Shown here piece after piece: positions 1 to 9,577 of a stretch of DNA of 64,000 nt (the first letter of the stretch is position 1; each line of letters opens with the position of its first letter). The notes under the pieces were generated by a model. That model was not told the DNA's origin and searched no databases. It saw only the letters and a list, made by a program, of their open reading frames with translations. The position numbers were made by a program, and so were the translations under genes. Source of the stretch: an uncultured bacterium (GTDB lineage: Bacteria; Verrucomicrobiota; Verrucomicrobiia; Limisphaerales; UBA8199); NCBI GenBank assembly GCA_963749495.1, contig CAVVMW010000001.1, forward strand, positions 640,001 to 704,000, given 5' to 3'.

Positions 1-1527
1 CGGCCCATCGTTCGCCACGTGGACGATTCGATAGCGCGCGTGATGATGGGCCGGGAATTGGTCTTGCGGCGGGCCCGAGGCTATGCGCCGCTGCCTATAA
101 GTGCAGAGTGCGGAGTGCGGAGTGCGGAGGACGGAGTGCGGAGTGCGGAGTGCGGAATGCGGAGTGCGGAATCCTTCGGTGAGGCGGGGCCAGGGGCTGA
201 GGGCGGAATCCTGAGTGCGGAGTGCGGAGTGCGGAATGCGGAGTGCCGAGTGGAGACTGCTGAGGACGGAGGGCGCGGGGCGCAGGACGGAGACATTCCG
301 CATTCCGCACTCCGCACTCCGCACTTGAGTGTCCTGGCGGTGGGAGCGCATTTGAAGAATACGGTCGCCCTCTGGGTCGGGCAGCAGGCCTTCATCAGCC
401 AGCACATCGGAGACTTGGAGACCGACCTGGCCTATGAGGCCTTCCGGCGGGTTATTGGCGATTTCGAGAGGCTCTACGAGACCGAGCCTGCCCTGCTGGC
501 GGCCGATGCGCACCCGGACTATCTCTCGACGAAATATGCGCTGGAGCGGTTGGCCGGGGCCGCGCCGGCCTCAGGGCTGCGCCTGGTGCGCGTCCAGCAT
601 CACCTGGCGCACATCCTTGCGTGCATGGCCGAAAACGAGGTGCCGCCGCCGGTGCTGGGGGTTTCCTGGGACGGCACGGGCTACGGCCTGGACGGCACGG
701 TCTGGGGCGGGGAGTTTTTCATCGTCACGGAAGCGGCCTGGGAGCGGGTGGCGCATCTGCGCCCATTTGCGCTGCCCGGCGGCAACCGGGCCGTGAGGGA
801 ACCGCGGCGGACAGCCCTGGGCGTGCTCTTCGAGATGTTCGGCGACAGTGCCTTCGCGCGAGGAGAACTGGCCCCGGTGCGCGCCTTTTCCCGCACCGAG
901 TTGGCCGGGCTGCGGACCATGCTGGCCCGCCGCCTTAATTCACCGATGACTTCGAGCGCCGGGCGGCTCTTCAACGCCGTCGCCTCGCTCATCGGTCTGC
1001 GCCAGGAGGTCCGTTTCGAGGCCCAGGCCGCCATGGAACTGGAGTTCGCCCTGGACGGCACCCAAACCGGCGAGAGCTATCCCTTTTCGCTAAGAAGCCC
1101 GGAACACCCGGCGCTCAATTCGTCATTCCCCTCTCCGTCGGACCGGTCGGACGCGTCCGACGGGTCAGACGCGTCGGACAGACTCCACTCCGCGCTCCGC
1201 ACTCCGCACTCCGCACTGGTCATAGACTGGTCTGCGCTGATCGAGGCGCTCCTCAACGAGGTCCGGCGCGGGGTCGCTCCGGGGCTGATCTCCGCCCGGT
1301 TCCATAATACGCTTGCCGAGATGATGGTCGAAGTCGCTCGGCGCATGGGCCGGGAGCGCATCGTCCTTTCGGGCGGCTGTTTTCAAAATCGCTACCTGAC
1401 CGAGCGCGCGGTGCAGCGTCTCCAGGCGGAGGGGTTCCGTCCGTATTGGCACCAGCGAGTCCCACCGAATGACGGCGGGATCTCGCTGGGCCAAGTGGTC
1501 GCGGCGGTGCGCGGGGGCTGGGCGTGA
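1..1527 (+). CDS. hypF: Carbamoyltransferase HypF, C-terminal part (gene starts before the window); two in-frame repeat-derived insertions
   Basis: RRARGYAP, SQHIGDL, VQHHLAH, WDGTGYG, SSAGRLF, LSGGCFQN and PPNDGGISLGQ motifs; upstream of hypCDE. Confidence 0.95.
   Translation, partial: RPIVRHVDDSIARVMMGRELVLRRARGYAPLPISAECGVRSAEDGVRSAECGMRSAESFGEAGPGAEGGILSAECGVRNAECRVETAEDGGRGAQDGDIPHSALRTPHLSVLAVGAHLKNTVALWVGQQAFISQHIGDLETDLAYEAFRRVIGDFERLYETEPALLAADAHPDYLSTKYALERLAGAAPASGLRLVRVQHHLAHILACMAENEVPPPVLGVSWDGTGYGLDGTVWGGEFFIVTEAAWERVAHLRPFALPGGNRAVREPRRTALGVLFEMFGDSAFARGELAPVRAFSRTELAGLRTMLARRLNSPMTSSAGRLFNAVASLIGLRQEVRFEAQAAMELEFALDGTQTGESYPFSLRSPEHPALNSSFPSPSDRSDASDGSDASDRLHSALRTPHSALVIDWSALIEALLNEVRRGVAPGLISARFHNTLAEMMVEVARRMGRERIVLSGGCFQNRYLTERAVQRLQAEGFRPYWHQRVPPNDGGISLGQVVAAVRGGWA
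103..325. repeat. GCGGAGT heptamer arrays followed by the inverted ACTCCGC array, in frame in hypF
   Basis: gtgcggagtgcggagtgcgga... then cattccgcattccgcactccgcactccgcac; encodes SAECGVR / HSALRTP. Confidence 0.9.
1135..1216. repeat. Second in-frame repeat insertion in hypF (GTCGGAC-type 9-mers plus ACTCCGC heptamers)
   Basis: ccgtcggaccggtcggacgcgtccgacgggtcagacgcgtcggac then ctccgcgctccgcactccgcactccgcact. Confidence 0.85.
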
Positions 1528-1563
1528 AACAGAATTCTTCTTGGACCTCCGGATCGCAGGCCA

Positions 1564-1731
1564 CAGAGCTGATCCGGGCCTTCGATCCTTCGTTTCCTTC
1601 GTTTCCTTCTGTTCTTTTGCTGCGTCCCGTCGGCTGGGCACAGGAACAGAACAGAAGGAAACGAAGGAAACGAAGAGGCGGCCTGAGGTGGCGGCATCGA
1701 TCGGGTCCGTGCCAGCGCGTATCTGGATTCC
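1564..1731. repeat. Palindromic MITE-like element with TTCGTTTCC nonamers (family A)
   Basis: cttcgtttccttcgtttccttctgtt ... aacagaaggaaacgaaggaaacgaag; inverted copy at 51089-51258, partial copy at about 22010-22098. Confidence 0.85.
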
Positions 1732-1856
1732 TAAACACTCTTTGTGACGAAACCCCAGCAGAATCCCTTTTTGAAGATTCTTGTCCTACGCGCGCGGGGA
1801 CTCGGGCGTCCCTTCCGGGGTTGCCCCGCTGCGCTGCGCGGTGTAGCTTTCTGGGA

Positions 1857-2159
1857 ATGTGTTTGGCAATTCCAGGGAAGATCACGAGTATTAGCGGAGA
1901 CGATGCGCTCATGCGCATGGGTAAAATCGATTTTGGCGGGATCCAGAAGGAGGCCAGTCTGGCTTATGTGCCCGAGGCCCAAGTCGGCGATTATGTCATC
2001 GTCCACGTCGGTTTCGCCATCAGCCGGCTGGATGAGGAGGAGGCCAACCAAGTCTTCGAGTATCTGCGGCAGATGGAGGGCCTGAGCGAGTTGGAGACCG
2101 GCGCGCCCAAGGAACCGGGCGGCCCGGCGGGCGCAACGAAAGGGGCAAACGCGGGATGA
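1857..2159 (+). CDS. hypC: Hydrogenase maturation chaperone HypC
   Basis: [10 protein letters not shown]-terminus (ATG 1857), [13 protein letters not shown]. Confidence 0.96.
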   Translation: MCLAIPGKITSISGDDALMRMGKIDFGGIQKEASLAYVPEAQVGDYVIVHVGFAISRLDEEEANQVFEYLRQMEGLSELETGAPKEPGGPAGATKGANAG

Positions 2160-3268
2160 AGTATCTGGACGAATACAGGGACGCCGAGGCGGCGCAACAG
2201 TACAGCCGGGAGATTGGCCGCATCACCACCCGGCCCTGGAGCATCATGGAGGTCTGCGGGGGCCAGACGCACGCCATCGTCAAGTTCGGCATTGACGAAC
2301 TCCTGCCCAGGGAGGTGACGCTCATTCACGGTCCAGGCTGCCCGGTGTGCGTGACGCCTGTCGAGTTGATTGACAAGGCGCTGGAGATTGCCGCGCGACC
2401 GGAGGTGATATTTTGCTCGTTCGGCGACATGCTCCGGGTGCCGGGAAGCGCCACGGACCTCCTGGCGGTCAAGGCGGCGGGCGGCGATGTGCGGATGGTC
2501 TATTCGCCGCTGGACGCGGTGAAGCTGGCCGGGCAAAACCCGGGCAAGGAGGTGGTCTTTTTCGGAGTCGGTTTCGAGACCACGGCGCCGGCTACCGCCA
2601 TGGCCGTTTATCAAGCGGCGCAGAAGGGCCTCAAGAACTTCTCGCTTCTGGCCTCGCACGTGCTGGTGCCCCCGGCCATGGAGGCGCTGCTCGGTTCGCC
2701 CGATTGCCGGGTGCAGGGTTTTCTGGCGGCCGGACACGTGTGTACCGTCATGGGCTACGAGGAGTATTTGCCCATTGCCGCGAAGTACCACGTGCCGATC
2801 GTGGTGACGGGTTTCGAGCCGCTGGACATCCTGCAAGGGGTGCTGATGTGCCTGCAGCAATTGGAGAGCGGGCGCGCGGAGGTGGAAAACCAATACAGCC
2901 GCTCCGTCCGCAGGGAGGGCAACCGCCCGGCCCAGCATCTCATCCGCGAGGTGTTCCGCGTCGTCCCGCGCAAATGGCGGGGCATCGGTGAAATCCCCCG
3001 GAGCGGCCTGGGCCTGAGCGAGGCCTACTGGGAGCACGACGCGGAGCGCAAATTCGGCGTGGCCCAGCTCCGGGTCGAGGAGCCCTCCGAGTGCCGGAGC
3101 GGGCTGGTCCTGCAGGGCAAGCTCAAGCCGCAGGAGTGCCCCGCCTTCGGCGCGCGTTGCACCCCGGAACATCCCCTGGGCGCGACCATGGTCTCTTCCG
3201 AGGGCGCCTGCGCCGCCTATTACCGTTACCGCCGCCAACCCAGCGAGGTGGCGGCACGCGCGCGATGA
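2156..3268 (+). CDS. hypD: Hydrogenase maturation protein HypD
   Basis: [36 protein letters not shown]. Confidence 0.97.
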   Translation: MKYLDEYRDAEAAQQYSREIGRITTRPWSIMEVCGGQTHAIVKFGIDELLPREVTLIHGPGCPVCVTPVELIDKALEIAARPEVIFCSFGDMLRVPGSATDLLAVKAAGGDVRMVYSPLDAVKLAGQNPGKEVVFFGVGFETTAPATAMAVYQAAQKGLKNFSLLASHVLVPPAMEALLGSPDCRVQGFLAAGHVCTVMGYEEYLPIAAKYHVPIVVTGFEPLDILQGVLMCLQQLESGRAEVENQYSRSVRREGNRPAQHLIREVFRVVPRKWRGIGEIPRSGLGLSEAYWEHDAERKFGVAQLRVEEPSECRSGLVLQGKLKPQECPAFGARCTPEHPLGATMVSSEGACAAYYRYRRQPSEVAARAR

Positions 3269-4311
3269 GCGACTTCACTCCCCTTTGCCCATTCCCCATC
3301 GAGAACTACCCGCGGGTCCTCCTGGCCCATGGCGGCGGGGGCACACTGATGCACCAACTCATCAGCCGGATGTTCCTGCCGGCCTTCCGCAACGAACTGC
3401 TCGAGCCGCAGCACGACTCGAGCGTCTTCGAGGTCGGCGGCCGGCGCTTGGCCTTCACCACGGACTCTTACGTGGTCCGGCCGCTGTTCTTCCCCGGCGG
3501 CAATCTCGGCTCGCTGGCCGTGCACGGCACCGTCAACGACCTGGCCATGTCCGGCGCCCGGCCGCTTTACTTGAGCGCCGCCTTCATCATCGAGGAGGGA
3601 CTGCCGATGGAGACCCTGTGGAAGATCGTCTCCTCGATGCAACTGGCCGCCCAGGCCGCCGGCGTCCAGATCATCACCGGCGACACCAAGGTGGTGGACA
3701 AGGGCAAGGGCGACAACCTCTTCATCAATACCGCCGGCGTGGGCGTGCTCGAACATCCCCTGACCATCGCCCCGCAGAGCGTCAAGCCCGGCGACGCCAT
3801 CCTGGTCAACGGCGACCTCGGCCGCCACGGCATGGCTGTCATGGCCGTGCGCGAGGGACTCGAATTCGAGAGCGCCATCCAGAGCGACTCCGCGCCCCTG
3901 GCCGAGGACGTGCTCGACTTGCTGCGCGCGGGCATCGAGGTCCACTGCCTGCGCGACCTCACGCGCGGCGGCCTTACCAGCGTCCTCAACGAGATCGCCC
4001 AAGCCGCAAACCTGACGCCGCTCATCGAGGAAAAGCTCGTCCCCGTCCGCGAGGACGTGCGGGGGGCGTGCGAGATCCTTGGGCTGGACGCGTTCCAGGT
4101 GGCTTGCGAGGGCCGTTTTGCCGCGTTCGTGCCCGAGCCCGACGCGGACCGGGCGGTGGCCATCCTGCGCAAGCGCCCCATCAGCAGCGGCGCCTGCCGC
4201 ATCGGCAAGGTGACCGACCAGCGTTCCCCCAAGGTCCTGCTCAAGAGCGCCATCGGCGCCCAGCGCATCCTCGATATGGCCTCCGGCGAGCAGTTGCCGC
4301 GCATCTGCTGA
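3265..4311 (+). CDS. hypE: Hydrogenase maturation protein HypE
   Basis: [30 protein letters not shown]-terminal PRIC; ATG 3265 overlaps the hypD stop. Confidence 0.97.
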   Translation: MSDFTPLCPFPIENYPRVLLAHGGGGTLMHQLISRMFLPAFRNELLEPQHDSSVFEVGGRRLAFTTDSYVVRPLFFPGGNLGSLAVHGTVNDLAMSGARPLYLSAAFIIEEGLPMETLWKIVSSMQLAAQAAGVQIITGDTKVVDKGKGDNLFINTAGVGVLEHPLTIAPQSVKPGDAILVNGDLGRHGMAVMAVREGLEFESAIQSDSAPLAEDVLDLLRAGIEVHCLRDLTRGGLTSVLNEIAQAANLTPLIEEKLVPVREDVRGACEILGLDAFQVACEGRFAAFVPEPDADRAVAILRKRPISSGACRIGKVTDQRSPKVLLKSAIGAQRILDMASGEQLPRIC

Positions 4312-4330
4312 GGGCGTTCAGCCCTCAGGC

Positions 4331-4693
4331 TCATGGCATCCCGGAACCCGCCTCCAAATCCCGCAGTATTTGCTCGATTTGCGACAGCAGGATGGGCACG
4401 TCCCTTTGCGCTGTGTCCCACAACGTATTGTCGTTTATAATGTCGTAGCCATGAACCAGGACGTTCCGCATGCCGATGATCTGGCCCCAAGCGACCTGCG
4501 GATAGCGAAGACGCAGCTCCTGAGGCAGGCGATTTGCCGCTTCGCCGAGCACTTCCAACGCACGCTCCAAGGCCAGCCGAAACCCCCGATCGACAGCAAG
4601 GTCCTCCATCTTCCTGCCTGAGCAGAGTTGAGTCGCCTGTGCGCCGTAGTCTTGCATCTGGCGCAGCGTCACCTGAGGGTCATGATTGCTCAT
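4331..4693 (-). CDS. HepT-like HEPN ribonuclease toxin (DUF86)
   Basis: LEVLGEAA and GMRNVLVHGY (RX4H motif); overlaps the upstream MNT gene. Confidence 0.9.
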   Translation of the reverse strand: MSNHDPQVTLRQMQDYGAQATQLCSGRKMEDLAVDRGFRLALERALEVLGEAANRLPQELRLRYPQVAWGQIIGMRNVLVHGYDIINDNTLWDTAQRDVPILLSQIEQILRDLEAGSGMP

Positions 4694-4985
4694 AGATCGT
4701 GACGGCCTCGCGGAGCACCCGGTCACGGACGTGCCTGTCAAGGTTCGAGCACAGATCCACCTTGCGTCCCACGATTTTGGCCAACTCCTCTCCATAGCCG
4801 AAATACGCCAGCCCCGGGTGGGCCTCAGGCAGAAACTCGACCAAGACATCCACATCACTGCGTTGCGGATCGAAATCGTGCCGCACCACCGATCCGAACA
4901 GGCTCAGCTTGCGAATGCCACGCTCCCGGCAGAAGGCCGCGATCTTCGCGAAGTCAATCTCAATAGGCAAATCGGCGATGTTCAT
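4680..4985 (-). CDS. MntA-like minimal nucleotidyltransferase antitoxin
   Basis: LFGSVVRHDFDPQRSDVDVLVEF (GS..DxD). Confidence 0.9.
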   Translation of the reverse strand: MNIADLPIEIDFAKIAAFCRERGIRKLSLFGSVVRHDFDPQRSDVDVLVEFLPEAHPGLAYFGYGEELAKIVGRKVDLCSNLDRHVRDRVLREAVTIYEQS

Positions 4986-5140
4986 CCTGGTCCATCAGTC
5001 AACCCTGTATTCCGCGGCAGCCCGGCCTTTCTTGAGCATCGATGCTCGATCCAACTAGGTCACAAGGCTCTCGTGAACGCAAGCCAAATCGGGCAAGGAT
5101 CAGGCTTTCATTTGGAGGCGAATCAGCCATATTTCCCATC

Positions 5141-5431
5141 GTGACCAAGCGACAGTTAGTCCAGGCGAGGCGGAACCAGGTCCTGAGCGCCGCCCACAAG
5201 CACGGTGCCGTGTCACTGAAGCTTTTTGGCTCGGCAGCACGGGGCGACGATGTGGAGGGTAGTGACGTGGACTTTCTCGTGGAGTTGGAGCCCGGCCGCA
5301 GCCTCCTGGATCTGGGCGGGCTGCAGGTCGAATTGGAGCGTGTGCTCGGTTGTAGAGTTGACGTTGTCACCCCGAAGGGACTGCGGGAGCGAATCCGCGC
5401 GCGCGTCCTGGCGGAAGCGGTTGCCGTATGA
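5141..5431 (+). CDS. MntA-like minimal nucleotidyltransferase antitoxin
   Basis: LFGSAARGDDVEGSDVDFLVE; probable GTG start at 5141. Confidence 0.9.
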   Translation: MTKRQLVQARRNQVLSAAHKHGAVSLKLFGSAARGDDVEGSDVDFLVELEPGRSLLDLGGLQVELERVLGCRVDVVTPKGLRERIRARVLAEAVAV

Positions 5432-5784
5432 GAGACGACTGCCAACGACTGCTGGACATCCGGGACGCGATCGAGCGGATCCAGCGATACACGGCCAGCG
5501 GCCGGAGGCAGTTCGATTCCGACGAACTGGTGCAGACCTGGGTCCTCCGCCATCTCCAAATCATCGGCGAGGCGGCTCGAGGGCTGACCCAGGAGTGCAA
5601 AGCCCAACAGCCTCAGGTCCCGTGGGAGAAGATTAACGGGATGAGGAACGTGCTTGTCCATCACTACTTTGGCATCGACACCGAGATCGTCTGGGTCGCG
5701 GTGGAAAAGGACTTGCCACCGCTGAAGCAGGCCGTCAACGAATTGATCCGACGCCACAACGCGCCCGGCAAGGCCGACGCCTGA
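5428..5784 (+). CDS. HepT-like HEPN ribonuclease toxin (DUF86)
   Basis: LQIIGEAA, GMRNVLVHHYFGID. Confidence 0.9.
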   Translation: MRDDCQRLLDIRDAIERIQRYTASGRRQFDSDELVQTWVLRHLQIIGEAARGLTQECKAQQPQVPWEKINGMRNVLVHHYFGIDTEIVWVAVEKDLPPLKQAVNELIRRHNAPGKADA

Positions 5785-5796
5785 GTGCCGAACGTA

Positions 5797-5993
5797 TCCC
5801 GAAGGGATCGGAATCACTCAGCCCAGGGTTGCGCGGCACGCGCTACCCTGGGTCACGCCGCCCGTTACCAACTACCCCGAAGGGGTTGCATCGCTGCTGA
5901 AACCCCTTCAGGGTTTCAGCGGTTGGTGGCATGACACCCAGGGTAGCGCGCTCCGCGCAACCCTGGGCTGAATGATTACAAGCCCTTCGGGCT
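5797..5993. repeat. REP-like composite palindrome (CCCAGGG family)
   Basis: cagcccagggttgcgcggcacgcgctaccctgggt ... acccagggtagcgcgctccgcgcaaccctgggctg. Confidence 0.8.
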
Positions 5994-6109
5994 ACTGGGC
6001 CTGGCCCCGCGGTTCTTTCTCGCATGGTCGTACCCGCCAGATGCGCCCCGCGGCGTGACGATCTGAAAATCTTGTAGCCTCTTGCTTCTTTTTCTGGCTA
6101 TCTCGCTCC

Positions 6110-8290
6110 ATGCGATCGTTTCCTGTTTTGGCCGCCTGCGTGGTGCTGGCCGCGCTTTGCGCGGGGGCGGGCGAGGCGCCTCTGCCCACTACGACGCTCG
6201 ACCTGAACAAGCTGGCGTTTTTTCTCGGGCGTGAGTATTTCGTGCTGCGCAGCGGGCGGGCGCAAATGATCGTGCAGGCGGACCGGGCGGACCTGGGGCC
6301 GGCGCTGACGTACCTGCTGTTCGACGCGGAGAACGCGCGGCAAAGCGCCGCCAAGGAAGGGGCCTTCAACTTCGTGCCCGGCGAGGGTTTCGGTTCGAGC
6401 GCGCTGGTCGTGGAGCTGGGCGGGTTCCCATTCACCGCGCTGGGTCATCGCACCGAGACGCGCTGGGTGCTCGAGGAGGGTGTCCCGGCCGTCGAGGCGG
6501 TCTGGTGGGCGGGGGGCGTGCGAGTGACCGAGCGGATAAGCGCCCTCGGGACCAACGGGGTGTTCCGGCGCGCGGTGGGCCTGGCAGGCGCCCACTTGCT
6601 GGGCGAGGAGAGCCTCAAGTTGCGCCTGGCATTGCCGGCCGGGGAGCGCCTGCGCGATGGCGCGGTCCTGGTCCAGGACGGGCGCGGCGCCCGTTGCGCC
6701 TTGGCCCTGCTGGGCGGGGCCACGGTCCAGGTCTCCGAAGAAAAGGGCACCTTCGAAATCGGTCCCCTGACGGTTGCGCCGGGGGCCGAGGCGCGAGTGG
6801 ATACGTTGCTTTTCGTTCAAGTCCCCTCCGGCGGCCATTCGAGCCTGGTCGAGTTCGCCCGCAACACGGTTGCCACTGCTGCCACGAATGAACTGGGTCC
6901 GACACGCGCAAGTTGGGCCGCCGCCTCCGCTATCACCACCCGGGACCGCGTCGTCCAGGAGTTGTTCGACAAGGCGCGGTTCGGCCTGCCGGGGATGATT
7001 GCCGCAGACGGGACGATGGACGCCGGCATTTTCGAGTACGGCGCGCAATGGGTGCGGGACACGTCGAACACGGCGCTGGGCGCCCTGCAGGCGGGCCATT
7101 TCGAGCTGGCGCGCGCGGCGCTGGTCCGCGTGCTGACGCGGATGATTAACCGGGAAGGGGCCACGATGATCGCCGGCGGCTTCGATGCGCCGGATCACGA
7201 GCAGTTCGACCAAATGGGCGAATTGCTCCATTGCCTGCGTGATTATTGCGATTGGACCGGGGATGAGGAGTTGGTTCGCGCGCACCGCGAGCTGCTTCTG
7301 GCCCTGGTCGAGCGCCCCCTGGCCCCGCAGTTCCGCGACCAGACCGGCATGGTACACAACCGGCGCGAGTTCTGGGAGCGGGCCTTCGAGGATGCTTATG
7401 AGCTGGCCTATCAAACCTACGTCATCCTCGGCTTGCGCGAGGCAGCCGCACTGGCGCCCGTCCTGGGGGCCGAGGACCGTGCGGCGCGCTGGCGGCAGGA
7501 GGCGGACCGGATTGAACAGGCCATGCTCAAACACCCGACCCGCGCGCTGGTCGCACAGGGACGCCTCATCAAACGGCGCAATCTCACCGGTGAGGTCGCC
7601 GACCGTCTGACGAACTTCGCGGGCTTTGCGCCCGACGTGCCCCTGAACACCGAAACGCATCATCGCCTCCTGCCCGATGCTTCGGTGGCGCTGCCGATAG
7701 CCTTGGGCATCGTCGAGGCCCGCTCCGAGTTGGCCCGCCGGACCCTCGACGACCTCGAGCAACTCTGGAACACGCGGTGGTCGGACGGCGGCTACGACCG
7801 CTATCACACCAGCGCCCAACCCGACCAGCCGGGCCCCTGGCCGTTTGCCACCTGTTTCATCTTGCGCGCCCAGCACGAGGCTGGCCTCTTTGAGCGCAGC
7901 CGGCGCTCGCTGGAATGGCTCAACTCCGTCCAGGGCGGACGCGCCGGGGCCTGGTTCGAGGAAATCCCCTCCGTCCGCTCGCTCAACCGTTCGTGCGGCC
8001 TGGTCCAGTGGACCTCGGGCGAAATCGCCCTGTTTGTGGTTCGCCATTACCTGGGCCTGCGGTTCGAGGACCGCGCCCTGATCGTGCGCCCCGCGCTCTA
8101 TCCTGGCAGCCCGCCGGTCTCCGCCGACGTGCGGTTCCGGCACGGGCGCTTGCGCCTGCAAATTGATGGCAGCGGCCCCGTCCGCAGGGCAGTCGTCAAC
8201 GGCCATGCCATCAGCCCCGACAAAGCCGGCGCCGTCCGCCTGCCGCGTGAGTTTGATGGAGGGACCCTCGTCATCGAGGCGGGGTCGTGA
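6110..8290 (+). CDS. Secreted putative (alpha/alpha)6-barrel glycoside hydrolase
   Basis: Signal peptide; YGAQWVRDT motif and helical Trp/Glu-rich core typical of six-hairpin glycosidases; family not assignable. Confidence 0.6.
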   Translation: MRSFPVLAACVVLAALCAGAGEAPLPTTTLDLNKLAFFLGREYFVLRSGRAQMIVQADRADLGPALTYLLFDAENARQSAAKEGAFNFVPGEGFGSSALVVELGGFPFTALGHRTETRWVLEEGVPAVEAVWWAGGVRVTERISALGTNGVFRRAVGLAGAHLLGEESLKLRLALPAGERLRDGAVLVQDGRGARCALALLGGATVQVSEEKGTFEIGPLTVAPGAEARVDTLLFVQVPSGGHSSLVEFARNTVATAATNELGPTRASWAAASAITTRDRVVQELFDKARFGLPGMIAADGTMDAGIFEYGAQWVRDTSNTALGALQAGHFELARAALVRVLTRMINREGATMIAGGFDAPDHEQFDQMGELLHCLRDYCDWTGDEELVRAHRELLLALVERPLAPQFRDQTGMVHNRREFWERAFEDAYELAYQTYVILGLREAAALAPVLGAEDRAARWRQEADRIEQAMLKHPTRALVAQGRLIKRRNLTGEVADRLTNFAGFAPDVPLNTETHHRLLPDASVALPIALGIVEARSELARRTLDDLEQLWNTRWSDGGYDRYHTSAQPDQPGPWPFATCFILRAQHEAGLFERSRRSLEWLNSVQGGRAGAWFEEIPSVRSLNRSCGLVQWTSGEIALFVVRHYLGLRFEDRALIVRPALYPGSPPVSADVRFRHGRLRLQIDGSGPVRRAVVNGHAISPDKAGAVRLPREFDGGTLVIEAGS

Positions 8291-8348
8291 GGTGCGTCCT
8301 TGAAGGGGCCTGCGGGTCCGCCAGGGCAGCGGGACGCGCCTACACTGT

Positions 8349-8437
8349 CGCGAAGCGTTTTGGACTGCGCCAGTCCTCTGGCGCTTTTTGAACCCTGGCT
8401 AAAGCGCCAGAGGACTGGCGCAGTCCAAAACCTCGCG
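8349..8437. repeat. REP-like palindrome (TTTTGGACTGCG family)
   Basis: gttttggactgcgccagtcctctggcgcttt ... aaagcgccagaggactggcgcagtccaaaac; related copies near 29725, 38051 and 51301. Confidence 0.9.
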
Positions 8438-8490
8438 CTCCTCTCGACGGTTTACGGAAAGGCTGCGCGTGGCCATGCCTGGTCTGGCGT

Positions 8491-8522
8491 TTCGTCATTC
8501 GTCATTCGTCATTCGTCATTTC
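8491..8522. repeat. TTCGTCA heptamer tandem array
   Basis: ttcgtcattcgtcattcgtcattcgtcatt. Confidence 0.9.
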
Positions 8523-8581
8523 GGACCCCGCTTGCGGTGAATAAACGGCGCAGCGTATTGTCTAATCGACAAACTGATTTT

Positions 8582-9430
8582 ATGAATCTTCTGACTCAGA
8601 CTAAACGGCTCAGCCTGGTCACGGCAGCAATTCTGCCCCTGCTCACGACCTCGGCCCAGACACCTGTTGATTCCTCGAAGCCGCCGGCCGAGGCGCCCGC
8701 GGCGCCTGCCGCCTCGGCGCCGAGCGCCGCTCCTCTCTCCCCGGCGCCCGCCAAGTTCTCGCCCAGAGTGGCCGAAGTCGTCAAACTGGCCCAAGCCGGC
8801 CTGGGGGATGACGTGGTCATCGCCTTCATCAAGAACTCCCCGGCGCAGTATCGCCTGAGCGCCGATGAGGTCGTTGCATTGAAAGCTGGCGGGGTCTCCT
8901 CACCGGTCGTCGCCGCGATGCTCGCCCACGACGCCGCCCTCAAGGCGAAGGGCGAACCTGCAGCCGCGAAACCTCCGACGCCACCTCCGCCCAGTGCCGC
9001 TCCGCCCAACCCGGCCCCTCCCGCCATGGCCGGCGGCCCGCCCTATGTCTATACGCAAAAGCTCTATGGTCCGCAGGCCGATGCCGCTGAAGCGCCATCG
9101 CCTGCCCCGGCATCGCCGCCGGTAGTCGCTCAGCCGGCGCTCCCGGCCCAGCCGGCGCCTCCCGCCCAACCCGTGGCGCCGGCGCAGCCCGTGGGGCCTG
9201 CCCCGGTGGTGGTCGAGCAGCCGCCGCCGGCGCCGCAGGTCGAGGTGGTGCCGACTTTGCCGGGACCGGACTACTACTGGGTGCCGGGCTATTGGGGCTG
9301 GCGCGGCGGCGCCTGGGTCTGGATCGGCGGTTACTACGTCCACCGGCCTTATCCGGGCGCGGTTTGGATCGGCGGACGTTGGGGCTTGCGCGGCCGAGGC
9401 TATGTCTGGATTGGGGGAAGGTGGAGGTAG
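8582..9430 (+). CDS. Secreted Pro/Ala-rich protein with C-terminal YXWGXW-type repeats
   Basis: Signal peptide from ATG 8582; YYWVPGYWGW, WVWIGGYY, YVWIGGRWR. Confidence 0.8.
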   Translation: MNLLTQTKRLSLVTAAILPLLTTSAQTPVDSSKPPAEAPAAPAASAPSAAPLSPAPAKFSPRVAEVVKLAQAGLGDDVVIAFIKNSPAQYRLSADEVVALKAGGVSSPVVAAMLAHDAALKAKGEPAAAKPPTPPPPSAAPPNPAPPAMAGGPPYVYTQKLYGPQADAAEAPSPAPASPPVVAQPALPAQPAPPAQPVAPAQPVGPAPVVVEQPPPAPQVEVVPTLPGPDYYWVPGYWGWRGGAWVWIGGYYVHRPYPGAVWIGGRWGLRGRGYVWIGGRWR

Positions 9431-9431
9431 T

Positions 9432-9524
9432 CCACAGGCCACAGGCCACGGGCCATAGCCGATAGCCAATAGCCGATAGCCGATAGCCGATAGCCGATAG
9501 CCGATAGCCGATAGCCGATAGCCG
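9432..9524. repeat. Adjacent CCACAGG and CCGATAG heptamer arrays
   Basis: ccacaggccacaggccacggg then about 10 copies of gccgata. Confidence 0.92.
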
Positions 9525-9577
9525 AGAATTCACTCGACACGGCAGCCGGATTGCAGTACCACAGCGCACACACATCC

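Noticed and set aside
1524..1856. N-terminal extensions of HypC, the YXWGXW protein (8300), the TPR protein (21971) and Icd (57665)
   Set aside because: They are read-through of repeat elements; conserved starts lie downstream (HypC needs its N-terminal Met-Cys).
6098..8206. Long antisense ORFs (also 9530-11005, 27582-29999, 31601-33661, 48903-50969, 55922-57343, 57755-59119)
   Set aside because: Shadow ORFs expected opposite real genes in high-GC DNA; no recognisable motifs.
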